A DNA stretch of 64,000 nt from an uncultured SAR86 cluster bacterium (GTDB lineage: Bacteria; Pseudomonadota; Gammaproteobacteria; Magnimaribacterales; AG-339-G14). The stretch is taken from the NCBI GenBank assembly GCA_902616715.1, contig CACMTR010000004.1, positions 28 through 64,027 on the forward strand. The letters run 5' to 3'. Positions 19,131 through 29,091 of the stretch are shown in pieces. The first letter of the stretch is position 1. Each line of letters starts with the position of its first letter. The notes beneath the pieces were generated by a model. The model did no database searches, was not told the DNA's origin, and saw only the letters and a program-made list of their open reading frames with translations. Both the position numbers and the translations under genes were made by a program.

Positions 19131-19916
19131 GTGAAGAAAATGAAAGAAATAATAATATTTATATGCAATAAAAAACTTTTAGCCTTTATTCTAGTTTTAT
19201 CCTCCTTAAATTCATTCTCCCAAGTTGATCCAGTTTTACAAGAAAATAAAGTGAGAGCTGATAACGCTGCAGCCTCTCAAGTCAAAATCGATTCATTTCA
19301 AACAAAAACAGACAAGGATGCTTCTGAATATAAGGGTGTAACAAAGCAGATTGAAGGTTTGAAGGTATATAACGCACAAAAGAAAAAACAAATAAGAAGA
19401 CAAATTGAAAGAATGGAAGAAATCGAAGAAACAATGAAATATGCCGCTGTTCTTCAAAGACAGATTCCACCTTTATCAAGAAGAATGCATGAGGGCTTGT
19501 CAAAGTTTGTCGAATTGGATCTCCCTTTTCGTAAGGGAGAAAGAACAGAAAGGCTTAAGTTTATTAAGGATGCTCTAGACAATCCGACAGTATCTCCTGC
19601 TGAAAAATTAAGACAGGTATTAGAAGGCTTCAACGTAGAAGCTGAATATGGAAGAAAAATTGATACTTATAAAGATACCGTCATAATCGATGGTCAAGAC
19701 AGAGAGGTTAATATTTTAAGAGTTGGTCGAATGGTTTTAGCTTATCAAACTACCGATTTAGATGAGACAGGTATTTGGAATAAAGAAACAAATAGTTGGG
19801 AAAGTTTGCCTGGTAGATATCAAAGACCCGTTAGAGATGGCATCTCAATGGCTAAGAAACTTAAAACAGTAGATATGCTTGAATTGCCAATCCCAGCAGC
19901 AGAGGTGATTCAATGA
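19131..19916 (+). CDS. DUF3450-type periplasmic coiled-coil protein (TtpB-like) of a TonB2-type system
   Basis: Signal peptide, coiled-coil N-half, first gene of an ExbB/ExbD/TonB cluster. GTG at 19131 or ATG at 19140. Confidence 0.75.
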   Translation: MKKMKEIIIFICNKKLLAFILVLSSLNSFSQVDPVLQENKVRADNAAASQVKIDSFQTKTDKDASEYKGVTKQIEGLKVYNAQKKKQIRRQIERMEEIEETMKYAAVLQRQIPPLSRRMHEGLSKFVELDLPFRKGERTERLKFIKDALDNPTVSPAEKLRQVLEGFNVEAEYGRKIDTYKDTVIIDGQDREVNILRVGRMVLAYQTTDLDETGIWNKETNSWESLPGRYQRPVRDGISMAKKLKTVDMLELPIPAAEVIQ

Positions 19917-21310
19917 AAAAAATCACAAAAATATTCTTAATTTTTTCTCTAATTTTTTCGGGAATAATTTTTACTCAAGAAGATACTGAAAAACCAGAAA
20001 ATATTGCCCTTGATCTAGATCAACTTCTTGAGCTTGTTAAACAAGGTAGATTTGCTGAGTCTGAAGAAGCTGCTGAAAGAGAGGCCAGATTTATAAGAGA
20101 AAAAAATAGGCAAGCTACTTTACTTGCTAACGCTAAAGCAGAAAGATCTAGACTCGAAGCTGAAGCTTCAAGATTGGAAGCGACTTTTGAGGCTAATGAC
20201 GCCAAACTTACCCTTTTAGAGGATCAATTAAAAACCAGGTTGGGATCTCTCTATGAAACGTTTGGTCACTTACAAGGAGTAGCATCAGATACGCAAGCAA
20301 CTTTTGAAACTTCAATAACGTCTGGTCAATTTGGTAAGGAACGTGAAGCATTCCTGGACGATTTAGCCAAAAAAATGGGAGAGGGAGTAAGTGTTGCAAC
20401 TATAGAAGAGCTGGAAAGATTATGGTACGAACTTTCTAGAGAATTAATTGCTTCTGGAAGCGTTGAAAAGTTCACAGCTACCGTAATTGACAATAATGGA
20501 GATGCTTCAGAAGAAGAAGTTGTAAGAATTGGAAACTTTAACGTTGTTGCAGAAGGAGAATATTTAACTTATCTAACAGGAAGAGGAGCGTATGAAACTC
20601 TCCCAAGACAACCAAGTAGATTTTTAGATGGATCATACGACATATTTGATGAAGACTCAGGTTTTGTACAATTTGCTGTTGATCCTACAGGACCTCAAGG
20701 AGGAGCTCTTTTAGTAAATTTAATATCTCTCCCATCATTTTTTGAGCAAATTCAATATGGAAGAATAACTGGTTACACGATTATCTTATTGTTTTTAATT
20801 GCTACAGGAGTATTTGCCTGGAGATTTTATTCTTTATTTACTATTAACAGTGCTATTAAAAAAGAGGTTAGCGGAGAAGAATCGAGCGACAATCCATTAT
20901 CTAGAGTGTTTGCGGTAGCTAGAGACAACAAAACAGATACCGAAACTCTAGAATTAAAACTAGCCGAACAGATTCTTGTCGAAAGACAATCTATTGATCA
21001 GTACATATGGGTTGTTAGGTTAATTTCTGTAATTTCGCCCTTGTTAGGTTTGTTTGGAACTATTATTGGTATGATCAACACTTTCCAAGCCATAACACTT
21101 TTTGGAACCGGAGATCCAAAAACAATGGCTGGAGGTATTTCTGAGGCTCTAGTTACAACGATGCTAGGATTAATGAGTGCAATTCCTACAACATTTATGG
21201 CGGCAGCATTAAGCAATTACTCTAAAGGTATTCTTTCAGTTCTTGAAGAACAAAGTACCGGAATGGTTGCAGCTAGATCAGAAGAAACTCAAGAGATTTC
21301 ATCCGTCTAA
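19913..21310 (+). CDS. large MotA/TolQ/ExbB proton-channel family protein (TtpC-like)
   Basis: 465 aa: signal/TM, long coiled coil (EAEREARF...RLEAEASRLEA), C-terminal ExbB-type channel GLFGTIIGMINTF. Confidence 0.8.
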   Translation: MKKITKIFLIFSLIFSGIIFTQEDTEKPENIALDLDQLLELVKQGRFAESEEAAEREARFIREKNRQATLLANAKAERSRLEAEASRLEATFEANDAKLTLLEDQLKTRLGSLYETFGHLQGVASDTQATFETSITSGQFGKEREAFLDDLAKKMGEGVSVATIEELERLWYELSRELIASGSVEKFTATVIDNNGDASEEEVVRIGNFNVVAEGEYLTYLTGRGAYETLPRQPSRFLDGSYDIFDEDSGFVQFAVDPTGPQGGALLVNLISLPSFFEQIQYGRITGYTIILLFLIATGVFAWRFYSLFTINSAIKKEVSGEESSDNPLSRVFAVARDNKTDTETLELKLAEQILVERQSIDQYIWVVRLISVISPLLGLFGTIIGMINTFQAITLFGTGDPKTMAGGISEALVTTMLGLMSAIPTTFMAAALSNYSKGILSVLEEQSTGMVAARSEETQEISSV

Positions 21311-21313
21311 GTT

Positions 21314-21838
21314 ATGGCTTGGTTTTATAACCTGCAATCTGTCCTTTTCGAATTTTTGGAAAAAGGTGGCGGTGTTGTGTTATTAATAGCTTTTCTAATT
21401 CTGATAATGTGGTTTTTCATCTTCGAAAGAATTTGGTACTTCCAATTCATACATCCTTCAGTAGAAAGAGATACTATTCAAGAGTGGTCAAACGTAAAAA
21501 AACATAAATCTTGGGAAGGACATATGATCAGGGTTATGTTGATTTCTAAGGCTGAGCAACAAATTAAAAATAATATAGAATTTATAAGGGTTTGCGTTGC
21601 TTTAGCACCTTTGTTTGGGTTGCTTGGCACTATAATCGGAATGATCGAAGTATTTCATATTTTAGCTGTTACAGGTGGAGGAGACGCTAAAGCTATGGCT
21701 GGTGGAGTAGCAAGATCTACAATACCCGCGATGGCAGGTCTTATGGCAGCTATCCCAGCAAGCATTGCTGCAAGATGGTTAGATAGTAATGTAAAAAAGA
21801 AAACAGATTTACTTTCAGAACGTTTAACATACGAATAA
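21314..21838 (+). CDS. exbB: ExbB/TolQ proton channel protein
   Basis: 174 aa, motif LGLLGTIIGMIEVF, 3 TM segments. Confidence 0.85.
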   Translation: MAWFYNLQSVLFEFLEKGGGVVLLIAFLILIMWFFIFERIWYFQFIHPSVERDTIQEWSNVKKHKSWEGHMIRVMLISKAEQQIKNNIEFIRVCVALAPLFGLLGTIIGMIEVFHILAVTGGGDAKAMAGGVARSTIPAMAGLMAAIPASIAARWLDSNVKKKTDLLSERLTYE

Positions 21839-21844
21839 TTTATT

Positions 21845-22255
21845 ATGAGAAGATCCCTTATCAGCCAGGCTGTAGAAGAAACCGAAGAACCAAATATTAC
21901 GCCCATGTTGGATGTAGTATTCATCTTATTAATTTTCTTTATTGTTACCGCTAATTTTATAAAAGAACCAGGCTTAGAAATTAACCGTCCAGATTCAGAA
22001 ACTTCTGAGATTACTGAAAATGCTGCAATTCTTATTGCTATTGGTGCAGCAGGTGAAATTTACATGGATGGAAGAAGAATAGATGTTAGACAAGTGAAGG
22101 CTAATGTTATTAGATTGATTGCTGAAAACCCACAAGGCTCTGTGGTGATTCAAGCTGATGTGAAATCAACTGCTGAAAAAATCGTAGCTGTTATGGATGA
22201 AGTTAGAGAAGCTGGAGTGGTTGATATTTCAATTGCTTCGGAACCTAATTTTTAA
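21845..22255 (+). CDS. exbD: ExbD/TolR biopolymer transport protein
   Basis: PNITPMLDVVFILLIFFIV N-terminal TM with the conserved Asp, 136 aa. Confidence 0.88.
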   Translation: MRRSLISQAVEETEEPNITPMLDVVFILLIFFIVTANFIKEPGLEINRPDSETSEITENAAILIAIGAAGEIYMDGRRIDVRQVKANVIRLIAENPQGSVVIQADVKSTAEKIVAVMDEVREAGVVDISIASEPNF

Positions 22256-22921
22256 ATGATCAATAAATTTTTAAATACAGATTTAGACAATATTTACCAA
22301 AAATATGGTCTCGCTGCAGCTGCGGGGACAACAGTTTCTCTTCTTTCTTTAATTTTAATGGCAGTTTTAATTGCAACCGGAGATGTATCTTTAGACGAGG
22401 TAAAAACTAGAAAAATTGCTGACATCGTCATGCCTCCTCAAGATTTAGAGCTTATTGATAGTTTCGAAAGACCTGAAGAGGCCGAACCAGAGCCTGATCA
22501 ACTTCCCCCCGACGTAGATATTGAAACCATTGAGGATTTTGATGATTCAATGAGTATAAATTTTAATTTCAAAGCTAGAAGACAAGGAGTCTTTGCCGAC
22601 GGCTCTTACGTACCAATATTTCAAGTCCCTCCCCAGTATCCGAGAAGAGCAGCGGAAAGAGGAATTGAAGGGTGTGTTTTATTGGAATATACAGTTACAC
22701 CACTTGGGGCGGTTTCTGAGCCAGTAGTAGTTCAAGCCAATCCACCTGGTATTTTTGATAGAGCTGCAACAAGAGCTGCGTTAAGATATAAATATAAACC
22801 ACTTATAAGAGATGGTGTTGCTGTTGCAGTAGAAGGAGTGAGACAAAGAATTACTTTTATACTGGAAGGTGAAGGGAAAGGGCCTGGATACGTTCCTGAA
22901 AACTGTTTGGAGATGATGTAA
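22256..22921 (+). CDS. tonB: energy transducer TonB
   Basis: N-terminal TM, Pro/Glu-rich spacer (PEEAEPEPDQLPP), C-terminal TonB domain YPRRAAERGIEGCVLLEYTV. Confidence 0.85.
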   Translation: MINKFLNTDLDNIYQKYGLAAAAGTTVSLLSLILMAVLIATGDVSLDEVKTRKIADIVMPPQDLELIDSFERPEEAEPEPDQLPPDVDIETIEDFDDSMSINFNFKARRQGVFADGSYVPIFQVPPQYPRRAAERGIEGCVLLEYTVTPLGAVSEPVVVQANPPGIFDRAATRAALRYKYKPLIRDGVAVAVEGVRQRITFILEGEGKGPGYVPENCLEMM

Positions 22922-24315
22922 TGAACAATATTAAATTTTTATTTTCAGCTTTAATTATTTTTAGTTTAAGTCCTTTATTAATTAGTCAAGAAAAGGAAGA
23001 AAGAGAGTATAAATTTCCAGGTTACACTTTGAGTAAGTGCTTAAAGGGGTATGATATTGCAAAACAACCGAAGAGAAGAGTAGCTAAACTTCCTAGTCAA
23101 AAAGCTCAAAAATATCTTAAAAGACTCTATCCTACTTTAGAAGAAGATAATCTAATTCTCGCTCTTGAAATATTAAATCAAATGAAGGCTGACCAAGATC
23201 TGACGAATATTGACAGAGCTCAAATGTGGTATTACTTCGCGTATGTTAATTTCAGCCAGGATAATTTGAAAGCAGCAGAAAAAGATTATTTCAATTTCTT
23301 AAAAATTGAAGAAGCTGACCCAAGGCTCAAAGCAAATGTAATTTTCAGTCTCGCACAGATATCTTACTCAAGGGAAGATTATCGAAAATCAATTGAAAGG
23401 ATGAAAGAATGGCTTTCTATCGAATCTAATCCAAGCTCAACCGGGTTTGATATTATGGCTGCAGCTCATTGGCAATTAAATGAGAAAAAAATGGCTTTAA
23501 AAAATGCTGATACAGCAATGTGTGTAGCAAAAGCGAATAGTTCTAAGCCAAGAGAATCTACTTACAATCTTCTTTTAGCCCTTTATAACGAATCAGATAA
23601 AACTGACGAAATGCTTCCTCTTTATAAAGAGTTAGTGGATTTTTACCCTAAGAAAAGATATTGGGTTCAACTATCTTCGCTTTATGGAGGTTTAGAACAG
23701 GAAAGTAATCAACTTTCCGCTCTGGAAGCAGCGCATGATCAAAGATTGCTGAATAAAGAATCAGAATACATAGCTTTGTATCAACTTCTTATGAGAGCAG
23801 AAGCTCCTTTTAAAGCGGCTAAAGCTTTACAATACGGAGTCGACGAAGAATTTGTTGAAAGAAAAGAGAAAAATTTGAAAATGCTAGCTCAAGGCTGGCA
23901 TATGTCTCAGGAATTAAAAAAAGCTGAGCCACTTTACAAAGAAGCTGCTGAAAAATCTGAAGAAGGGGAATTGTTTGTTTTCTTAGGTCAATTATATTTG
24001 GCAACCGATAGATACGATTTAGCCATGGATTCACTTAAGCTTGGCCTTGAAAAAGGCAAACTTAAGGACCCAGTGACTGTAAATATTTTACTTGGTCAGG
24101 TTTCTTACGAACAACAAAATTTTGATGATGCTACAATTTTCTTCCGCAAAGCGTTAGATAGACTTACGGATATCCAAATTAAAGATAAAAAGCTGAAAGA
24201 AGAGAAGCAAGACAAACTTAGAGAACAGGCATTAACATGGCTTTCATTCACAGAGCAAGAAGCCAAGAGAGTAAAAATATTAGAACAAAGGAAAAAAGAC
24301 TTAGAGAATAGTTAA
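22921..24315 (+). CDS. TPR-repeat protein (TtpD-like) of the TonB2-type system
   Basis: Signal peptide, repeated TPR-like helices, last gene of the cluster with a 1-nt overlap to tonB. Confidence 0.7.
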   Translation: MNNIKFLFSALIIFSLSPLLISQEKEEREYKFPGYTLSKCLKGYDIAKQPKRRVAKLPSQKAQKYLKRLYPTLEEDNLILALEILNQMKADQDLTNIDRAQMWYYFAYVNFSQDNLKAAEKDYFNFLKIEEADPRLKANVIFSLAQISYSREDYRKSIERMKEWLSIESNPSSTGFDIMAAAHWQLNEKKMALKNADTAMCVAKANSSKPRESTYNLLLALYNESDKTDEMLPLYKELVDFYPKKRYWVQLSSLYGGLEQESNQLSALEAAHDQRLLNKESEYIALYQLLMRAEAPFKAAKALQYGVDEEFVERKEKNLKMLAQGWHMSQELKKAEPLYKEAAEKSEEGELFVFLGQLYLATDRYDLAMDSLKLGLEKGKLKDPVTVNILLGQVSYEQQNFDDATIFFRKALDRLTDIQIKDKKLKEEKQDKLREQALTWLSFTEQEAKRVKILEQRKKDLENS

Positions 24316-24794
24316 GTTTTGTTGTAAATTTTTATTTCACATCTTAATTGACTACTCTCGTCGGTAAACTCTTCAGAGGACAAAAGTTTCCAGTTTTCCA
24401 AGTTAATCGGAAAAAACGCGTCTCCATCAAATTCTTTTAAAACATGTGTGATAACTAGTTTTGAACAATAAGGCTCCAAAAGTTTATATATTTCTGAACC
24501 CCCTATCACAAAGACTTCATTATCTAAGTCTTCGCAATAATTAAGTAAATTATCTAGGTTACTAAAAACCTTTATTTTGTCTGAAGATGAATATCCTTTT
24601 TGGGTAAGTACAATATTTGTTCTATTGGGCAAAGGCCGTCCTATAGATTCGTATGTTTTTCTCCCCATAATTATCGGACTACCTGAGGTTAAGTTCTTGA
24701 ATCTTTTTAAATCTTCAGGAATATTCCAAGGCAAAGAATTATTTTTACCTATTACCAAATTTTCAGATACCGCTGCTACTGCCGTAAGTTTCAT
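24312..24794 (-). CDS. folA: dihydrofolate reductase
   Basis: LPWNIPEDLKRFK, MGRKTYESIG, FVIGGSEIY motifs. Confidence 0.9.
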   Translation of the reverse strand: MKLTAVAAVSENLVIGKNNSLPWNIPEDLKRFKNLTSGSPIIMGRKTYESIGRPLPNRTNIVLTQKGYSSSDKIKVFSNLDNLLNYCEDLDNEVFVIGGSEIYKLLEPYCSKLVITHVLKEFDGDAFFPINLENWKLLSSEEFTDESSQLRCEIKIYNKT

Positions 24795-25588
24795 TACACA
24801 GCTATAGGAGCTGAAATTAAAGGATGAGATTCATAATCAATAACCTCAATATCATCATATTTAAAATCAAAAATGCTTTTCACATCTTCATTTAATTTTA
24901 ATCTAGGTAATGGTTTTGGTTCTCTGGTAAGTTGCAGGTTAGCTTGATCTAAATGGTTTAAATACAAATGAGTGTCTCCAAAGGTATGAACAAATTTATG
25001 AGCTTTTAAATTACAAACTTGAGCAACCATATGGGTTAACAGGGCATAAGAGGCAATATTAAAAGGGACTCCTAAGAAAACATCCGCACTACGTTGATAA
25101 AGTTGGCAAGACAAATTATTTTCAGCTACGTAAAATTGAAAAAGTGTATGGCATGGCGGCAGAGCCATCTCGTCTATTAAAGTTGGGTTCCAACCACTGA
25201 CAATATGTCTTCTTGAATCTGGATTCTCTTTAATACCTTTTATTAAATTAGAAATTTGATCTATTGGCTCCTTGCCAGGATTAGGCCATGATCTCCATTG
25301 AGCTCCATAAACAGGTCCTAATTCGCCATTTTCATCTGCCCATTCATCCCAAATTGAAACACCATTTTCTTTTAAATAAGCTATATTGGTAGAACCTTGG
25401 AGAAACCATATTAATTCATGAATTATAGATTTGAGGTGAATTTTTTTTGTCGTAACCAATGGAAATCCATCTTTTAAATTAAATTGCATTTGATGGCCAA
25501 ATATACTTTTTGTACCAGTACCGGTTCGATCAGATCTCTCCACTCCCTCGTCTAAAATTTTTTGCATTAAATCAAGATATTGTTGCAT
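24794..25588 (-). CDS. thyA: thymidylate synthase
   Basis: [19 protein letters not shown] active-site Cys, 264 aa ending PIAV. Confidence 0.95.
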   Translation of the reverse strand: MQQYLDLMQKILDEGVERSDRTGTGTKSIFGHQMQFNLKDGFPLVTTKKIHLKSIIHELIWFLQGSTNIAYLKENGVSIWDEWADENGELGPVYGAQWRSWPNPGKEPIDQISNLIKGIKENPDSRRHIVSGWNPTLIDEMALPPCHTLFQFYVAENNLSCQLYQRSADVFLGVPFNIASYALLTHMVAQVCNLKAHKFVHTFGDTHLYLNHLDQANLQLTREPKPLPRLKLNEDVKSIFDFKYDDIEVIDYESHPLISAPIAV

Positions 25589-26378
25589 TTCTATTTTTTT
25601 TAAAAGCTAAAAGTATTAAGGCAAAACCTATCAAAATCATGGGCATAGATAGAAGTTGTCCTCTTGTAATGATATCAAATAAATCGAAGCCAATATGGGA
25701 ATCAGGAGATCTAAATTGCTCCGTAAAAACTCTAAATATTCCGTACAATGATAAAAACGAACCTGACATTGCCATCCTAGGCATATCTTTTTTTGATAGC
25801 AGATACATCACAAAAAACAATATCGGTCCCTCTAAGAAAGCCTGATAAATTTGAGATGGATGTCTAGATAGTTGTAATGGGTCGCTCCAAAAAATAATTC
25901 CCCAAGGAAGATCTGTTGGTCTCCCTAATAGCTCTCCTCCTAAAAAGTTACCAATTCTCACAATTCCTAAGCCTAAAGGAAAACTTATAGCAATATGATC
26001 TGAAAATTCAAAAAAAGAAAGGTTATTTTTTTTACAAAATATATAAAATGAAAATAGAATCCCTATCAAGCCGCCATGAAAAGATAATCCTCCCTCCCAA
26101 ACTCTTAATACAGACAAAGGATTTTCAATTATCTGATCAAACCCATAAAACAGCATATATCCAACTCTCCCGCCAATTACAGCTCCTAAAACTCCATAGA
26201 ATAGAAAATTTTCTACATCGTCTTTTGAAATATCAGTCTTATTTGACAGAGTTAATTTTGCTACCCAATGAATTGTCAATATCGCTAAAACCCAACTCAC
26301 GCCATACCAGTAAATTGGCCACCATCCTACAAAAGGGATGGGAACATAAAATGCGACAGGATCAATTATTAGATTCAT
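25572..26378 (-). CDS. lgt: prolipoprotein diacylglyceryl transferase
   Basis: [24 protein letters not shown] motifs. Confidence 0.92.
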   Translation of the reverse strand: MNLIIDPVAFYVPIPFVGWWPIYWYGVSWVLAILTIHWVAKLTLSNKTDISKDDVENFLFYGVLGAVIGGRVGYMLFYGFDQIIENPLSVLRVWEGGLSFHGGLIGILFSFYIFCKKNNLSFFEFSDHIAISFPLGLGIVRIGNFLGGELLGRPTDLPWGIIFWSDPLQLSRHPSQIYQAFLEGPILFFVMYLLSKKDMPRMAMSGSFLSLYGIFRVFTEQFRSPDSHIGFDLFDIITRGQLLSMPMILIGFALILLAFKKNRNATIS

Positions 26379-27175
26379 ATAAGTGTGTCATAAATAATTC
26401 TCACAGCTGAGACGATCACCACAAATGCAAAAGCTAATCTCAGATTTTTTGAGGAAGTCTTATTTGAAATTTTTGCTCCCATTTTTGCAAAATAAATACT
26501 TGATAATCCAACAATTAGAACTGCTGGTATATAAGCTGATCCAATGAGCCAATTTATAGTTTCTGAACTTTCTGGTGCAAATAGCAATCCTCCAATTGAG
26601 CCAGACACGGCTATACAAAACCCCATCACTGAAGACGTACCAATGGCTTCACGCATTGATAAGCCTCTAAAAGTAAAATAAGGAACCATTAATATTCCTC
26701 CACCAATACCAACAAGAGAAGTGATAAGTCCGATAGCGCATGATGCAACGGCTAGCTCCATAGAGTTAATTTTAGGAGCTATTTTCTTTGGTTTTATGTC
26801 AATGGCAACTTGAAAAGCTGCAATAACCAAAGAAACAGCGATAATCAGTTGTAAAGTTATGCTATCCATTTGAAGCGCAACGTATCTTGCAAAAATGGTG
26901 AAGCAAAAAACAAATACAAACATTTTTTTTACAATTTCTAGATTCACGTTTGAATTGAAATAATGAGTTAACGCAGCATTTGGTATAACAAGTACCATTG
27001 TTGTCATCGATGTTCCGGTAGCTAAAAGAGGAATAATCTCTGCAGGAAAGTTCAGGAAATTAAAAAGAAAAAAATAAGCAGGCACAAGAATAACACCGCT
27101 CCCAATACCAAAAAAACCTGACAATAAACCAGCAAAAATTCCCAGAACTACTAGTAACAGAAAGATCTCAATCAT
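26375..27175 (-). CDS. TauE/SafE (TSUP) family anion exporter membrane protein
   Basis: 266 aa, duplicated 4-TM halves with GIGGG motifs. Confidence 0.8.
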   Translation of the reverse strand: MIEIFLLLVVLGIFAGLLSGFFGIGSGVILVPAYFFLFNFLNFPAEIIPLLATGTSMTTMVLVIPNAALTHYFNSNVNLEIVKKMFVFVFCFTIFARYVALQMDSITLQLIIAVSLVIAAFQVAIDIKPKKIAPKINSMELAVASCAIGLITSLVGIGGGILMVPYFTFRGLSMREAIGTSSVMGFCIAVSGSIGGLLFAPESSETINWLIGSAYIPAVLIVGLSSIYFAKMGAKISNKTSSKNLRLAFAFVVIVSAVRIIYDTLI

Positions 27176-27229
27176 TAATTAACATTATCTCTTATCTTTT
27201 TGCTCTGATAAACTTTAGTACTTTCTGAT

Positions 27230-27982
27230 ATGTGTTTAATTTTGGTTTCTAATCCCACCAAAGGAGATTTTAAGTTCATTCTTGCTTCTAATAGAGACGA
27301 ATTTTATGAGAGAAAAACTAACAATATGTTTTGGTGGTCCGATATCGATGGTTTGCTTGCTGGTCAAGATCTTGAGCAAAAAGGAACTTGGTTAGGAATA
27401 TCAAAAAAAGGTAAATTTGCAGCTGTAACTAATGTAAGAGAATTTTATAAAGACGAACCTCATGAGAAATTTCTTTCTCGGGGAGATTTGGTAAAAGACT
27501 TTTTTAATTTTCCTGGCTCTCCTAAAAATTATGTAAAAGACATCGAAGCTGAAAAATACATGGGCTTTAACCTAATAGTTTCAAACTTTGAAAGCTCCTC
27601 AGTTTTCTCTAGTCAAGGGATAGAAAATTTCAATTCCGAACTGATTGTGATAGGCAATAGAGCGTTAAATACTCAAACTGAAAAACTTAAAAGTGCAGAG
27701 AAAGATTTCCAAGCTATTATCACTGATAATTTTAACCATTCAGATTTGATTAGTTTAATGCAGAGTCCAAAAAAAAATTACGAATTTGACTTAAAACAAA
27801 TTCGTAATAATCACGGAAATGAATTTAATTCAAGATTTATCACCTCAGATATTTACGGAACAAGATCTACAACGGTAATAACTATTGATCGAGAAAACCA
27901 AGTTAATGTTTCCGAAGTTGTTTATGACGGTTTGGGTAAAAACTCAGAATCAAACTTTTTTAATTTCAAAATTCAATCCTAA
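27230..27982 (+). CDS. NRDE family protein (TANGO2-like, DUF833)
   Basis: N-terminal MCLI...ASNRDE signature. Confidence 0.75.
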   Translation: MCLILVSNPTKGDFKFILASNRDEFYERKTNNMFWWSDIDGLLAGQDLEQKGTWLGISKKGKFAAVTNVREFYKDEPHEKFLSRGDLVKDFFNFPGSPKNYVKDIEAEKYMGFNLIVSNFESSSVFSSQGIENFNSELIVIGNRALNTQTEKLKSAEKDFQAIITDNFNHSDLISLMQSPKKNYEFDLKQIRNNHGNEFNSRFITSDIYGTRSTTVITIDRENQVNVSEVVYDGLGKNSESNFFNFKIQS

Positions 27983-27986
27983 ATTG

Positions 27987-28445
27987 ATGGAAGGGTATAG
28001 AAAAAATGTAGCTATGGTAGTTTTAAATGACAAACAAGATATTCTTATTTGTAGAAGAAAAGGAACAGAAAATTGGCAGTTTCCGCAAGGTGGAATTGAC
28101 GAAAATGAACTGATTGAAGATGCGATGTATCGAGAACTTTACGAAGAAGTTGGCCTCAAAAAAGAAGATGTATCAATTGTGGGAAAAACTAATCGTGAAA
28201 TTAAATATGACATACCCAAAACAATTCGATCTAGAGTGTTAGGTGGAAAATATAAAGGGCAGTTACAAACCTGGTTCTTATTAAGACTTGAAGAAAAAAA
28301 TAGCTCGATCAATTTAGATCATGATCCATCGCCAGAGTTTGATAAGTTTGATTGGGTCTCTTATTGGTTTCCTTTATCAAAGATCGTAGACTTTAAGAAA
28401 GAAGCTTATAGAGAGGCATTAAACGAACTAAGGAAATTTCTATGA
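27987..28445 (+). CDS. rppH: RNA pyrophosphohydrolase (Nudix)
   Basis: MEGYRKNVAMVV start resembles the RppH N-terminus. Nudix box GGIDENELIEDAMYRELYEEVGL. The track start at 27885 runs 98 nt into the preceding gene, so the in-frame ATG at 27987 is preferred. Confidence 0.88.
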   Translation: MEGYRKNVAMVVLNDKQDILICRRKGTENWQFPQGGIDENELIEDAMYRELYEEVGLKKEDVSIVGKTNREIKYDIPKTIRSRVLGGKYKGQLQTWFLLRLEEKNSSINLDHDPSPEFDKFDWVSYWFPLSKIVDFKKEAYREALNELRKFL

Positions 28446-29086
28446 AAAGGTTGGCTATTTATGATCTGGATGACACTCTACTCTGTGGAGATAGCGAATT
28501 CCATTGGGCAAAATTTACTGTTTCTAAAGGATTTATTGAAAAAGAAGTCTATTTAAAAAAAATCAAAGCCTTTGAAATTGATTATAGGTCTGGAAATCTT
28601 GATTTTGATGAATATTGCTCATTTCTTTTACATCCTCTTATTGGAATGAATGTTGACGATTTGGACGAACTAGTTTCAGAATTCATTGAAAGTCATAAAG
28701 AAAAATTAATAGATCCAATGACTTTTGATTTATTAAAAAGACATAAAGATGACTTTAGACTGGTTGCATCTGGTTCGCTTGATTTTATTGTCAAAGGATT
28801 TACTAATTATTTTGAACTAGATGCTTACCTTGGTTCGTCTTATGAAGTAGTAGATAACAAAATATCCGGAAAATTAACTAAAGCAGCCTTTGCTCAAGGA
28901 AAATTAGAAAAAGTAAGAGAGTGGTGTCAAAAAAATGGTTATATCGTTGAAGAATCTTTCTTCTATACTGACTCGATAAATGATTTACCATTAATCAAAG
29001 TTTGTCCAAGAAGCATTATAATTTCACCAGATAAGAAATTAGAAGACTATGCCTTAGCAAATAACATAGAAGTACTGACAAGATAA
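28442..29086 (+). CDS. HAD-IB family hydrolase
   Basis: YDLDDTL motif I, SGS motif II, YTDSINDLP motif IV. ATGA overlap with rppH. Confidence 0.75.
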   Translation: MKRLAIYDLDDTLLCGDSEFHWAKFTVSKGFIEKEVYLKKIKAFEIDYRSGNLDFDEYCSFLLHPLIGMNVDDLDELVSEFIESHKEKLIDPMTFDLLKRHKDDFRLVASGSLDFIVKGFTNYFELDAYLGSSYEVVDNKISGKLTKAAFAQGKLEKVREWCQKNGYIVEESFFYTDSINDLPLIKVCPRSIIISPDKKLEDYALANNIEVLTR

Positions 29087-29091
29087 TAAAA

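Noticed and set aside
27885-27986. Track start for rppH, which adds 34 N-terminal residues overlapping the NRDE gene.
   Set aside because: The extension has no similarity to RppH. The in-frame ATG at 27987 gives the canonical N-terminus just after the upstream stop.
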